From assembly GCA_964413595.1 (NCBI GenBank), contig CAYPSR010000001.1:1-63182 (forward strand): DNA of 63,182 nucleotides, read 5' to 3'. Position numbers and translations under genes: made by a program. Of this stretch, positions 51,802 to 61,139 are shown in pieces. Below the pieces are notes generated by a model. The model did not search any database, was not told where the DNA came from, and worked only from the letters and a program-made list of their open reading frames with translations. Numbering within the stretch: position 1 is the stretch's first letter; each line of letters opens with the position of its first letter. The DNA comes from an uncultured Candidatus Saccharibacteria bacterium (GTDB lineage: Bacteria; Patescibacteriota; UBA1384; DATEAH01; CAYPSR01).

Positions 51802-52065
51802 TTAATATGCTTCACCTAAAACATTCCAATTTTCTGGTAAGTTACCATGGCCTAATTGTGTATAAACATTACATTCATCGCCAGAATAATTAAACACAGT
51901 TTTTGCAACAAGTTCATCAACCAAACCGTTTTTAACATATCTGCCTCCCATATCTAAAACTCGCCCTATTTCATCTCTTTGAATTTTAAAACTCATAGTG
52001 TCATAATTTGGATGATTAACTGGAAAACTGACGTTAAACACCTGATTTCGAGAATTTTTAAACAT
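51802..52065 (-). CDS. hypothetical protein matching the C-terminal part of 49932..50897
   Basis: 87 aa. Starts 6 nt after the 52072 stop. Confidence 0.55.
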   Translation of the reverse strand: MFKNSRNQVFNVSFPVNHPNYDTMSFKIQRDEIGRVLDMGGRYVKNGLVDELVAKTVFNYSGDECNVYTQLGHGNLPENWNVLGEAY

Positions 52066-52071
52066 GCTTAT

Positions 52072-52704
52072 CTATGCTTGATAGGTTCTACGAGAAATTC
52101 CTTCGTATTCGCCTTCTTCACCATACATTTCAAACTCATATGTCCTGGAGATTTTTGTATGACTTCTGCTTTCTCTTACTGAAATGTCGCGTTGTTCACA
52201 AAAATTCTCGCCAAAACAATAAAAAAGCAAGTTTCCGTCTTTGGATTTTAATAATGCTTTTCTTTCCATTAGACCATCTTTATGTTCAATCCAAAAACCA
52301 TTTATACCCATATGCATATCAGTTACAAAAATACGCCCCGAATCGCATTCGCGAGTTTCACAAACCAAATGCGGTTTTCCATCCTTGCCCTCTATTTTAA
52401 ATTTACTTTCCAGTTGTTTTCTTTTTTCTTGATCCAATGAATCTTGTTCATGCACAATCAAATTGCCATCTCCATCATATTGGAAATGATGAACTTCCAA
52501 AAGCTTAGGAACTCTCCCTTCCCAAAATTCTACGCGCCTTAATCCTTGTTGGGTCAACTCACCCATCATAAATTCCCTATAAGATCCCAGAGACCTTAAA
52601 ATAGGCCATAAAGAACCGAGTTCTAATTCCCCCTCTTTTAATTCAAGCATTTCCCTAATCGCTTGATTCCCCTGATAAAGCTCTGGTTTTTCAACTACTG
52701 CCAT
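52072..52704 (-). CDS. hypothetical protein matching the N-terminal two thirds of 49932..50897
   Basis: 210 aa. SD and 5' flank (AGGAGATTGTT-ATGGCAG) are near-identical to those of 50897 (AGGAGATTATT-ATGGCAG). Confidence 0.6.
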   Translation of the reverse strand: MAVVEKPELYQGNQAIREMLELKEGELELGSLWPILRSLGSYREFMMGELTQQGLRRVEFWEGRVPKLLEVHHFQYDGDGNLIVHEQDSLDQEKRKQLESKFKIEGKDGKPHLVCETRECDSGRIFVTDMHMGINGFWIEHKDGLMERKALLKSKDGNLLFYCFGENFCEQRDISVRESRSHTKISRTYEFEMYGEEGEYEGISRRTYQA

Positions 52705-52741
52705 AACAATCTCCTAATTTTTATTTTATTAATAATATACT

Positions 52742-52767
52742 CCTCTGGTATTCTGCAGAACACCAGA
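52742..52767. repeat. second copy of the ctggtattctgcagaa(t/c)accag palindrome
   Basis: Reverse complement of 8558-8583 with 1 mismatch. Followed by a tcttatttctcatctcttatctcttcc word element (52779-52808) related to 45140-45169. Confidence 0.8.
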
Positions 52768-52808
52768 ACACTTATTCATCTTATTTCTCATCTCTTATCT
52801 CTTCCCAC

Positions 52809-53924
52809 TTACTTAATATAAACCCTTGGAATCATTGGATTAATACGAGTTACTACTTCATAATTTATTGTCTCTAAATATCCTGCAAGTTCTCCGGCGG
52901 TAATATTTTCATTTTCTTGCTTACCAATTAAAACAACTTCATCACCAATTTTTATATTCTCTACAGCTGAAACATCTAACATCATTGCATTCATACAAAC
53001 TTTCCCAATAACCGGCACACGCTTGCCACCAACAAGTACTTTAGCAATATTAGACAATTTCCTATCATAACCGTCTGCATAACCAACCGGCACCGTTGCA
53101 ATATAAGATGGGCTATTAACCTTGGTATCATTGCCATAACCAACATTCTCACCGCCTGGAATTTTTCTAATTTGAGCAATTTTTGTTTTCCAAGAAAGAG
53201 CTGGCGTAAGATCAAAAAATGTTCCAAGTTCTGGAGTTGGTGACAATCCATATAAAGTTATTCCCAGTCTTACCATGTCAAAATGAGTTGAAGTCATAGA
53301 AAGTGTTGCGGCTGAATTTGCAATATGAAATGTTAAATTAGAAAACCCAGCTTTTTCAAGCATGTCTTTAGACTCCTGAAAAGTCCCAAGTTGTTTAAAG
53401 GTTAAGCTTTTTTCCCGACCCTCAGCATTAGCAAAATGAGAATAAACCCCAACGGTATTTATTTTAGGCTGTCTTTTTAAAAATACAGCAAACTCAACAA
53501 TTTCTGATTTTTCCAAACCATATCTATTCATTCCAGTATTTAATTTAATATAAACATTAGCCGGTTTTTTAATTTCTATTGCTGCTTTAGAAAGCTGACG
53601 AACCATATCTCTATCCCAAACAGTAAGATCTAAATCATTAGTTATAGCCGTAATATAATCCCCAAAACCAGCAAAACCTAAAACCAAAACCGGTTTTTCA
53701 ATTTTTGCTTTTCTTAGCCTAACTCCTTCATCAATAGATTCAACGGCAAAACAATCAGCGCCAGCAAACTCCAAAGCCTTAGCTGTTTCTTCGAGCCCAT
53801 GACCATAAGCGTCAGACTTTACTACTGCCATGATTTTAGTTTCGGGTTTAATATAGTTTCTTAAAGCTCTAAAATTGCTTTTTATTTTCCCGAGATCAAT
53901 TTCCAACCAATTATGATAAATCAT
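52809..53924 (-). CDS. alr: alanine racemase
   Basis: 'AVVKSDAYGHG' PLP-lysine motif and 'PVGYADGY'. Confidence 0.92.
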   Translation of the reverse strand: MIYHNWLEIDLGKIKSNFRALRNYIKPETKIMAVVKSDAYGHGLEETAKALEFAGADCFAVESIDEGVRLRKAKIEKPVLVLGFAGFGDYITAITNDLDLTVWDRDMVRQLSKAAIEIKKPANVYIKLNTGMNRYGLEKSEIVEFAVFLKRQPKINTVGVYSHFANAEGREKSLTFKQLGTFQESKDMLEKAGFSNLTFHIANSAATLSMTSTHFDMVRLGITLYGLSPTPELGTFFDLTPALSWKTKIAQIRKIPGGENVGYGNDTKVNSPSYIATVPVGYADGYDRKLSNIAKVLVGGKRVPVIGKVCMNAMMLDVSAVENIKIGDEVVLIGKQENENITAGELAGYLETINYEVVTRINPMIPRVYIK

Positions 53925-54699
53925 TTTTTAACCTTTCAATTTTTTCTAAAAATGAGGCGGACAAAAACCTTCTTTCTGTATTATAATCAATATACTTTAA
54001 AAGTAATACATTAATTTTATCATCTAAATTATCATCTATTTTTTTCAAAATATCAAGAGGTTTAAGATTATTTAGATAAAGATTCTTACCAATATTCAAA
54101 TATATGCGAAGTATTTTAACTTCATTTTCCGATATTTTTTGCGTATTTCCTTTTCCCAAACAACCAGCACAAATTAATCCGCCCATCTCATATGAAAAAT
54201 ACAGGTCTTTTGGATTAAGCTTATTATCACAATTTACGCAATGCTCAAGTTCTGGCTTTAATCCAATCTTTTCTAATATATTTATCAAAAAGAATCCAAT
54301 AACCTTTTCTGATATTTCAGCCGGATTTTGATTAATAAAATTATAACATGACAATGTCAAATTCATCAAGTTATAATGTTCTTCGCCAAGTTGCAAAAGC
54401 TTATCTAAAACCTCAGCAACTAAAAAAGCAATTCCAGTTTTAACTAGATCTGTTTCAATATTTTTAAAACTCTTGATATTTTCGGCGCTAGTAACAATAT
54501 CTAAGTTTTTACCTTCTGCGATTATAAGATCAAGATAATTAAAAAGATTTAAATAACCCGACATTTTAGCAGTAACACGCGAAGCGCCCTTGCCGATAAA
54601 TTCAATTTTTGCACCGCTGACGTTTACAGCTGTCAATATTTTATCAGCTTCATTAAGTTTTCGGCTTTTAATTATTAGCGCTTTTGTTTTAAAATTCAT
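53911..54699 (-). CDS. recO: DNA repair protein RecO
   Basis: OB-fold N-terminus 'KALIIKSRKLNEADKILT' and Zn motif 'CVNCDNKL...CAGC'. Confidence 0.85.
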   Translation of the reverse strand: MNFKTKALIIKSRKLNEADKILTAVNVSGAKIEFIGKGASRVTAKMSGYLNLFNYLDLIIAEGKNLDIVTSAENIKSFKNIETDLVKTGIAFLVAEVLDKLLQLGEEHYNLMNLTLSCYNFINQNPAEISEKVIGFFLINILEKIGLKPELEHCVNCDNKLNPKDLYFSYEMGGLICAGCLGKGNTQKISENEVKILRIYLNIGKNLYLNNLKPLDILKKIDDNLDDKINVLLLKYIDYNTERRFLSASFLEKIERLKNDLS

Positions 54700-54741
54700 A
54701 ACTCATTATACGCTGAAATGAAGCAAGATAGCAAATTATCC

Positions 54742-55026
54742 TTATAATATTTCTCGCGTGACAGGAAACGAATGTTCATTCTCTCTTAAAGCCGAATATT
54801 CTCTTGCAACCCTTGCTACTTCCAGATTCAACCCGGGTGATGGTAATTGAGATATCTCCAGATGTCTTTGTTCCTCTCTTCTTGTTTTTTCACTTTTCCT
54901 CCGCCCTTGACCAACAGCAGAACAAAACCTTGCAGCATGATCTGCATCTTTAAGACACATCCTAATCCCTTTAATATTAACCACCCCCGGTTCTCCACAG
55001 TAACACCTTCCTTCTTCTTTTGGCAT
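54742..55026 (-). CDS. small basic Cys-containing protein, markedly GC-richer than its surroundings
   Basis: AAGGAGG 3 nt upstream; 'CYCGEPG...MCLKDADHAARFC'; 94 aa. Confidence 0.5.
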   Translation of the reverse strand: MPKEEGRCYCGEPGVVNIKGIRMCLKDADHAARFCSAVGQGRRKSEKTRREEQRHLEISQLPSPGLNLEVARVAREYSALRENEHSFPVTREIL

Positions 55027-55064
55027 AAACCTCCTTTACCTCGAATGTAATCGAGAGATTTTAA

Positions 55065-55088
55065 AAATAAGCCCTTTTGGGCTTATTT
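55065..55088 (-). terminator. intrinsic terminator
   Basis: aaataagccc-tttt-gggcttattt, followed in minus sense by a T-rich run. Confidence 0.65.
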
Positions 55089-55243
55089 TATTTAACATTT
55101 GCAGTATAAATATTTATATTTTGGTAATTTGGATTCTAGAATGATAATGTTTTTTGATCTCATGCCTTCTTTTATCAATTTATATTATATAATAATCGCA
55201 AAGCGATACCATAATTTTTTATTTTTTATTTTTTATTTAATGT

Positions 55244-55471
55244 CTATTCTTCTTTGTGTTTAAATGTTCCTGCAAAAATAAACATTAAGGCTGAGATAAA
55301 AATCAAGCCAGCACCAATTGCAATTGCAATTCCCATAGTTTTTGCAGCTCCACCACCTGGAGTGATTAGGTCTGCTTCGGCAAAGATGTTAGTAAATAGT
55401 CCGTAGGCGGCAATTACTACTCCGACGACAAACATTCCAATCGCTGATTTTATCCATTTTAATTTTTTCAT
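55244..55471 (-). CDS. small two-TM membrane protein
   Basis: Trimmed to 'MKKLKWIKSAIG...' (AAGGAG 9 nt upstream). The track extension overlaps mutM. Confidence 0.55.
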   Translation of the reverse strand: MKKLKWIKSAIGMFVVGVVIAAYGLFTNIFAEADLITPGGGAAKTMGIAIAIGAGLIFISALMFIFAGTFKHKEE

Positions 55472-55589
55472 CTGAAAAACTCCTTTCATATATCCTCTTG
55501 GCGTGATCCTGAGAAGTGATAACAACGCGAGGATCTCGTTTTTATTATCTAATTCTATATTAGATTTATTTTTAAAAATTTGCAAGGGC

Positions 55590-56438
55590 TTATTTCTGAC
55601 ATTTAGGACAAAAGTGAGTACCTCTACCATTTAATTTGATTTTTTTAATTATTCCACCACAACCACATTTTTGACCTTGCTTATTATATACCTTAAAATA
55701 ATCTTGTGCTTTCCCTTGTTTTCCTTCACAGGTTAGATAATCTTTAATTGACGCTCCTTGATATTTAATTCCTTTTTTTAAAACAATCTTGATTGCCTGA
55801 AATAACTTCTCGATTTTTTTATTCGATATTTTTGCAGCGATTTTTCTAGGATCAATTTTTGCCAAATACAATGCTTCATCAGCATACATATTACCAATTC
55901 CTGAAATCTTTTTTTGATCCATTAAAACTTTTTTAATATTAGATTTTTTAGCTGAATTTAAAATCTCTTTAAAATATTTTATATTAAAATCTTTCGAAAA
56001 CGGCTCAGGCCCAAATTCTTGTTCAAGATATCTCTGAAGATCTTTTTTATCCATTATTTTAAACCAACCAAATCTTCGCAAATCATTATAATATAATTTC
56101 CCGCCTGATTTTATATCTATTATAATCCTAGTGTGCTTATGAGGAACGGATTTACATAATTCTCTTGATTGATGCCCACCGGCAATCATTTTATCTTTAT
56201 TTATATAAATAAATTGCCCAGTCATTTTTAAATGAACTATGAGATCTTGTTTGCCAACCAAATCAAAAATCACCAACTTCGCTCGCCGATAAATTGAATT
56301 GATTTTCTTATTTATAATTATCTTAGGATCAAAGCCAATTATCTTCTTGTCCAAAATTTCAATCTTAGAAAAAGATTTTCCCTTTAAGGCTTTATTTAAA
56401 CCATTGCTAATTGTTTCAACTTCAGGAAGTTCGGGCAT
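55590..56438 (-). CDS. mutM: formamidopyrimidine-DNA glycosylase
   Basis: 'MPELPEVE' N-terminus and C-terminal zinc finger 'CGCGG...THFCPKCQ'. Confidence 0.93.
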   Translation of the reverse strand: MPELPEVETISNGLNKALKGKSFSKIEILDKKIIGFDPKIIINKKINSIYRRAKLVIFDLVGKQDLIVHLKMTGQFIYINKDKMIAGGHQSRELCKSVPHKHTRIIIDIKSGGKLYYNDLRRFGWFKIMDKKDLQRYLEQEFGPEPFSKDFNIKYFKEILNSAKKSNIKKVLMDQKKISGIGNMYADEALYLAKIDPRKIAAKISNKKIEKLFQAIKIVLKKGIKYQGASIKDYLTCEGKQGKAQDYFKVYNKQGQKCGCGGIIKKIKLNGRGTHFCPKCQK

Positions 56439-56629
56439 TGTATTAGTTAATAGTCAAAATTAATAAATGATAATTATTTTTATCAGAAATTATTTCATTA
56501 AAAATTGAATCATTGATTTTCTGTTCTAATTTATTATATCATAATATTACAGCCCTAAAACATCAAGACATTTTTTACCCCTTATTTGTATATTCGTAAG
56601 ATTAGTATATTGGTAGGAGAAAATTTATA

Positions 56630-57598
56630 ATGCGCATTGTTGTTATTGGCGGAGGAACTGGAACTTTTCCAGTTTTGTCAGGATTAAAAAAATATGTTCC
56701 AAATATTACTGCAATTGTCACAATGGCAGACTCTGGCGGACATTCTGGGTATTTGGCAGACGAACTTGGAATGTTGCCTCCTGGGGATATTAGGAATTCT
56801 CTGGTTGCATTATCAGATGAATCAAAACAACAGGTTTTAAGACAACTCTTAGCCCACAGAATCTGTTTTAAAGATGGTAGAGAAGAAAATATCGGTAATT
56901 TAATGATTGCAGCACTTGAAGAAATTTTTAATGATTTTGAAAAAGGCGTGGATTTTTTAGCAGAACTTTTACATTCACACGGAGATGTTATCCCTGTAAC
57001 CTTAGAAAAAACTAAGCTTCATGCCAAAACAATAGACGGAAAAATAATTATTGGTGAAAAAAATATTGATATTCCAAAAACCAAATATCGATCTCCTATT
57101 AAAAAAATATGGTTAAAACCCGTTCCTAGCGCCAATCCGAAAGCGATTAAGGCTATAAGTAGCGCTGAAGCAATAATAATTGGCCCGGGAGATGTCTTTA
57201 CAAGTCTTATACCTAATCTTTTAGTAAAAGGCATGAAAAATGCTATTAAAAAATCAAAGGCTAAAAAAATCTATATTTGCAACTTAATGACAAAAAATGG
57301 CGAAACAGACAAATATATGGCTTCGCATCATATTGAACAAATAGAAAACTATCTTGGCGAAAAAGTATTAGATGCAGTAATTATAAATAATAAAAAAATT
57401 CCTATTAAGCTAGCTAAAAAATATAAAAAAGAATTTTCAGAGCAAATAATATATGATACCGAAAATCTAGAAAAAGTAACTTATAAAATATATCCCGCCA
57501 ATCTATTGACCACAAAAGCAGACTTAATCAGACATGACAGCAATAAATTAGCACGACATATTTTATCCATCGTTCTCAGCCTAAATGGAAATCACTAA
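56630..57598 (+). CDS. YvcK/CofD-family (gluconeogenesis factor-like) protein
   Basis: 'MRIVVIGGGTGTFPVLSGLK', 'TMADSGGHSG', 'IIIGPGDVFTSLIPNL'. Confidence 0.88.
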   Translation: MRIVVIGGGTGTFPVLSGLKKYVPNITAIVTMADSGGHSGYLADELGMLPPGDIRNSLVALSDESKQQVLRQLLAHRICFKDGREENIGNLMIAALEEIFNDFEKGVDFLAELLHSHGDVIPVTLEKTKLHAKTIDGKIIIGEKNIDIPKTKYRSPIKKIWLKPVPSANPKAIKAISSAEAIIIGPGDVFTSLIPNLLVKGMKNAIKKSKAKKIYICNLMTKNGETDKYMASHHIEQIENYLGEKVLDAVIINNKKIPIKLAKKYKKEFSEQIIYDTENLEKVTYKIYPANLLTTKADLIRHDSNKLARHILSIVLSLNGNH

Positions 57599-57659
57599 TA
57601 AATAAAATCCGGACGCATACATTTGCTATCAGGATTTTTGTGTTTTGAATTTTTAAAAA

Positions 57660-58451
57660 CTACATTTGCGAATCAGATGTGTCACTTGGTCCAACTGAAT
57701 CATCTGAACCTGCTGGCATTGTTGCATCATCTCTAATTGGCAAAGGAGGAAGTGGCTGACCATCAGCGTCCGCAGAAACTCCCGGCGCTGGAGGCGTTTG
57801 TGGTAGCGCGTCAGTTGGTGGAGAATCAACGCCTATATTCATATCAGCTGGTTGGTTTGAGTCAACAGATGGCATATCTGACACAGTAGCCTGTGCGTTT
57901 ACATCCATTGATGAGTTAGTATCTGTTGGCATATTTTGATCTTGACTAGCCATTGAAGAATTTGCTTGGCTCATATCCGCTGGGGAGGCCATATCTATTG
58001 GCTGGTCAACTGGCATTGTAGCTTGATTTTCTGTTGGGCTCACTGCGGGCATTTCAGTTGGCACGGCTTGGCCATCAACCGGCAAATCAACTTGAGCTTG
58101 ATCAGTTGGCACGGCCGAAGTTTGATCTGCTGGTGCCTGCGAAGTTGTTTGAGACGTATCAACTGGAGTCTGAGTTTGATCTGTTGGTTGACTAATATCT
58201 GAAGACCCAACCGGCGCTTGGGACATATCAGAAGGCGCTGACGAAGTATCAGTCGCATCCCCTTGACCGTCCGCAATTGGTGTCGATGTTAAATCAGTTG
58301 GATTAGATGGTGGGGTGTTCATGCTGTCAATTCCTCCCTGTACATTTTGATCGGCTGGTTGTTGGGTTTGATCTTGTGTCTGATCGTCGGCAACACCTGC
58401 ACTTTGAGTTTGATCTGATTGATCATCTTTTTTCTTAAAAAATGAAAACAT
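57660..58451 (-). CDS. intrinsically disordered polyacidic protein with about 12 degenerate P-[ATV]-D-[QMT] repeats
   Basis: 'MFSFFKKKDD' is followed by 250 residues with a single Arg and no Lys. About 50% GC locally. AAAGGAG SD. Confidence 0.6.
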   Translation of the reverse strand: MFSFFKKKDDQSDQTQSAGVADDQTQDQTQQPADQNVQGGIDSMNTPPSNPTDLTSTPIADGQGDATDTSSAPSDMSQAPVGSSDISQPTDQTQTPVDTSQTTSQAPADQTSAVPTDQAQVDLPVDGQAVPTEMPAVSPTENQATMPVDQPIDMASPADMSQANSSMASQDQNMPTDTNSSMDVNAQATVSDMPSVDSNQPADMNIGVDSPPTDALPQTPPAPGVSADADGQPLPPLPIRDDATMPAGSDDSVGPSDTSDSQM

Positions 58452-58624
58452 AATTGACTCCTTTATCCCGAGCTTGTCGAGGGATTTTGCCCCTAAAATC
58501 CAAATAGGATTATTGTCGAGAATTTTGTTTTAAGTTAATGAAATTAATTAAGAATATTAAGCCTATAAAGTTTAATTTTAATTATTAAATAACTTCATAT
58601 TCTTTGTATTCTTAATATTCTCCT

Positions 58625-59089
58625 TTAACTTTTTGCTTTAGCTTTAAAAAATAACCAAGAATTTTGCGTTCCTTTAAAATTGGTGCGAATTAAATGATAT
58701 TTCTCTTTTAGTTTATCACCACTAAATCCTATTTGCAAATGGCCTTTTTCCAGAGTCCCTTCCTCGATTTGATATTTTCCTTTATCCCAAATTTCCACTT
58801 TTCCTGCGCCGTATTCTCCTTTTGGAATTGTGCCGTGGAATTTTGCATACTCGAGCGGATGATCCTCAACCATAATTGCAAGTCTTTTTAAATTTGATTT
58901 CATTGGCGGTTTTTTTGGAATTGCCCAAGATTTTAAAACTCCATTCATTGCCAAACGCAAATCCCAATGCAGATTTTGCGCATTGTGTTTATGAACTACA
59001 AAGATGCTACGATTTTTATTTTTTATAGATCCCTTAGGTTCCGATGTCTTGATGAAATTTCGTTTAGATTTATATTCTTTTAGAAACAT
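58625..59089 (-). CDS. LigD-type 3'-phosphoesterase domain protein (stand-alone)
   Basis: 'FVVHKHNAQNLHWDLRLAMNGVLKSWAIPKKPP'. Confidence 0.8.
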   Translation of the reverse strand: MFLKEYKSKRNFIKTSEPKGSIKNKNRSIFVVHKHNAQNLHWDLRLAMNGVLKSWAIPKKPPMKSNLKRLAIMVEDHPLEYAKFHGTIPKGEYGAGKVEIWDKGKYQIEEGTLEKGHLQIGFSGDKLKEKYHLIRTNFKGTQNSWLFFKAKAKS

Positions 59090-59229
59090 GGCAATTTTAA
59101 ATTATAATTTTTAAATTTTAAATCAATTTCCAATTATTAAATAACATAAATGATAAGTAGTATTGTCATTTCAAAAGAAGCGAGAAATCTCATTCATTAT
59201 TCCTTATTTATGATTCTATGTTTCATTAT

Positions 59230-59667
59230 TTAATAATCTTTATCAAACCAAAACTCACCTTCAAAAAACTCTTTTTTCAAAAACATTGGCAACCAATATC
59301 TATCATTTGGAAACATTTTATTATATGGGATTTTACTCAAATCAAACCATTTTACTTCCATTTCCTTTGATTCACATAGCACACCATCATATTCTAGCAT
59401 TTCATAATAATGAACTTCCATTTCTGGATCATCTATATAATGAAACGTTAAAACGCCACGTTTCTCAAATTGTTTAACCCTAACTCTGCATTCTTCTTTA
59501 CATTCTTTTTCCAAACCATTTTCTAAAGATTCTCCTTTTTCAATTTTCCCACCAAACCCCAACCATTTTCCCTTACCAAAACTTCTTTTCTTTCTTCCCA
59601 ATAAAACCTTGCCGTCTTTTACAGCTAATGCCTCTGTCATCAATTTTTTTTCTTTAGATTTTGACAT
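59230..59667 (-). CDS. NUDIX hydrolase (MutT-like)
   Basis: 'GGKIEKGESLENGLEKECKEECRV' Nudix box. Confidence 0.8.
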   Translation of the reverse strand: MSKSKEKKLMTEALAVKDGKVLLGRKKRSFGKGKWLGFGGKIEKGESLENGLEKECKEECRVRVKQFEKRGVLTFHYIDDPEMEVHYYEMLEYDGVLCESKEMEVKWFDLSKIPYNKMFPNDRYWLPMFLKKEFFEGEFWFDKDY

Positions 59668-59707
59668 TTGATTTTTTGTTTGTAATTTAGATTTAGGGTT
59701 TTGAAAT

Positions 59708-60991
59708 TCAGAATGGTTTCCCCTGCTTTTCTTTTATTATATCACTTTCTGACTTTGGATTTTGAGTAATCGATTCAATCGGCACATAAATTTTTCCAAA
59801 AACTCCATCGTATCCCGGTTCTTTTACAACCTCGCCTTTTCGCATTTTTTCTATTGACGCTGAAATTAACGGACTTGATGTAACTTTTGCAATTTGAACA
59901 ATTGGTACATCTTGCAAAACTGCAAATTCAGATCCAAAATATCCAACCAATTTTTCTGATTCTTCAATTACTTTTTTCGAATACGCTCCAACCCCAAATA
60001 CATGACCAATTATCTCATTTAATGGAATTGCATAAACAACTTTTGACGCTTTTTTTGGTTTTTCGCCAATTTCCCTGTCGGCCAATTCCTCAACCCGATG
60101 ATCAACACCTAATGTTAAAGGCCTGTGACAAACCGGGCAGATATTATTATTTTTAATTGATTCTTGCGGATTCATAACTATATTACAATTTCTATGTCCG
60201 TCATAGTGATATTTTCCTTCTTCTGGAAAAAATTCAATTGTATATTTTAATTTTTCAGTATCTTTATTTTTTAATGTTTCACTTAGGTTTTCAAATGTAT
60301 ATTCACTTGGCTTCCACTCAAAAACATTTGCCTCTCGCATCAAGTTTTTTACAGAATGTGCATCTGAATTTGAAAGCAGTGTCAAACCATCTAGTTGCGA
60401 AACTCGCCAATTCATAGAAGGATCAGATGACAGCCCGGTTTCATAAGCATAAATATATTTTGTATATTTTCCATAACAATCACTCAAACTATCAAAACCA
60501 GAATTTGATCCAAATAAAGAAAACCACGGTGTCCAAATATGCGCTGGAATAACCAAAGACTGCGGACTTTCGTTCCAAATGATTTCTACTAATTTTTCAC
60601 TGTCTAGCCCCAAAATCGGCCTACCATCACTGTGCAAATTCCCCACTTTGGACAGTTTTGAATTAATTTTTTTTGCATCACTTATTGATGGACATAAAAC
60701 TAGATTATGAATTTTTCGAACTTTATCGCCTTTTTTGTAAATTGATGATATTTCCGCAGACAAAACAAACTTAACATCTTTTGAGCCTTTTTTAGGAATT
60801 AAAAAACCAGAGCCATCTTCCTCCATGTCCTTTGAAATCTCTGTTATCCAAACAGGGTGGGTAAAATCCCCGGTTGCTAATAAATTGATACCTTTTCTTT
60901 TAGCACCAGCTGATAAAGTTTCAATGCTTAAATCCCGAGACGTCGCCCGGGAATATTTTGAATGAATATGAAAGTCCGCTATTATTCTCAT
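59708..60991 (-). CDS. PHP-domain endonuclease Q-like protein
   Basis: 'IADFHIHSKYSRATS' and Zn finger 'CPVCHRPLTLGVDHRVEEL'. Confidence 0.7.
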   Translation of the reverse strand: MRIIADFHIHSKYSRATSRDLSIETLSAGAKRKGINLLATGDFTHPVWITEISKDMEEDGSGFLIPKKGSKDVKFVLSAEISSIYKKGDKVRKIHNLVLCPSISDAKKINSKLSKVGNLHSDGRPILGLDSEKLVEIIWNESPQSLVIPAHIWTPWFSLFGSNSGFDSLSDCYGKYTKYIYAYETGLSSDPSMNWRVSQLDGLTLLSNSDAHSVKNLMREANVFEWKPSEYTFENLSETLKNKDTEKLKYTIEFFPEEGKYHYDGHRNCNIVMNPQESIKNNNICPVCHRPLTLGVDHRVEELADREIGEKPKKASKVVYAIPLNEIIGHVFGVGAYSKKVIEESEKLVGYFGSEFAVLQDVPIVQIAKVTSSPLISASIEKMRKGEVVKEPGYDGVFGKIYVPIESITQNPKSESDIIKEKQGKPF

Positions 60992-61002
60992 TCTTTCCTT
61001 TT

Positions 61003-61074
61003 CTTGTCATTCCGGAATTTCAAAGAAATATCCGGAATCTATATAATAGTTCTCGATTTCGCTCGAACAATAAT
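61003..61074. repeat. composite repeat: family A left hairpin + family B right half
   Basis: cttgtcattccggaatttcaaagaaatatccggaatc...atagttctcgatttcgctcgaacaata. Confidence 0.7.
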
Positions 61075-61139
61075 TCTTTCTATTAACTTCTAACTAATAT
61101 CTATTAACTATTATTATAATTATAATTATAGCACAAAAC

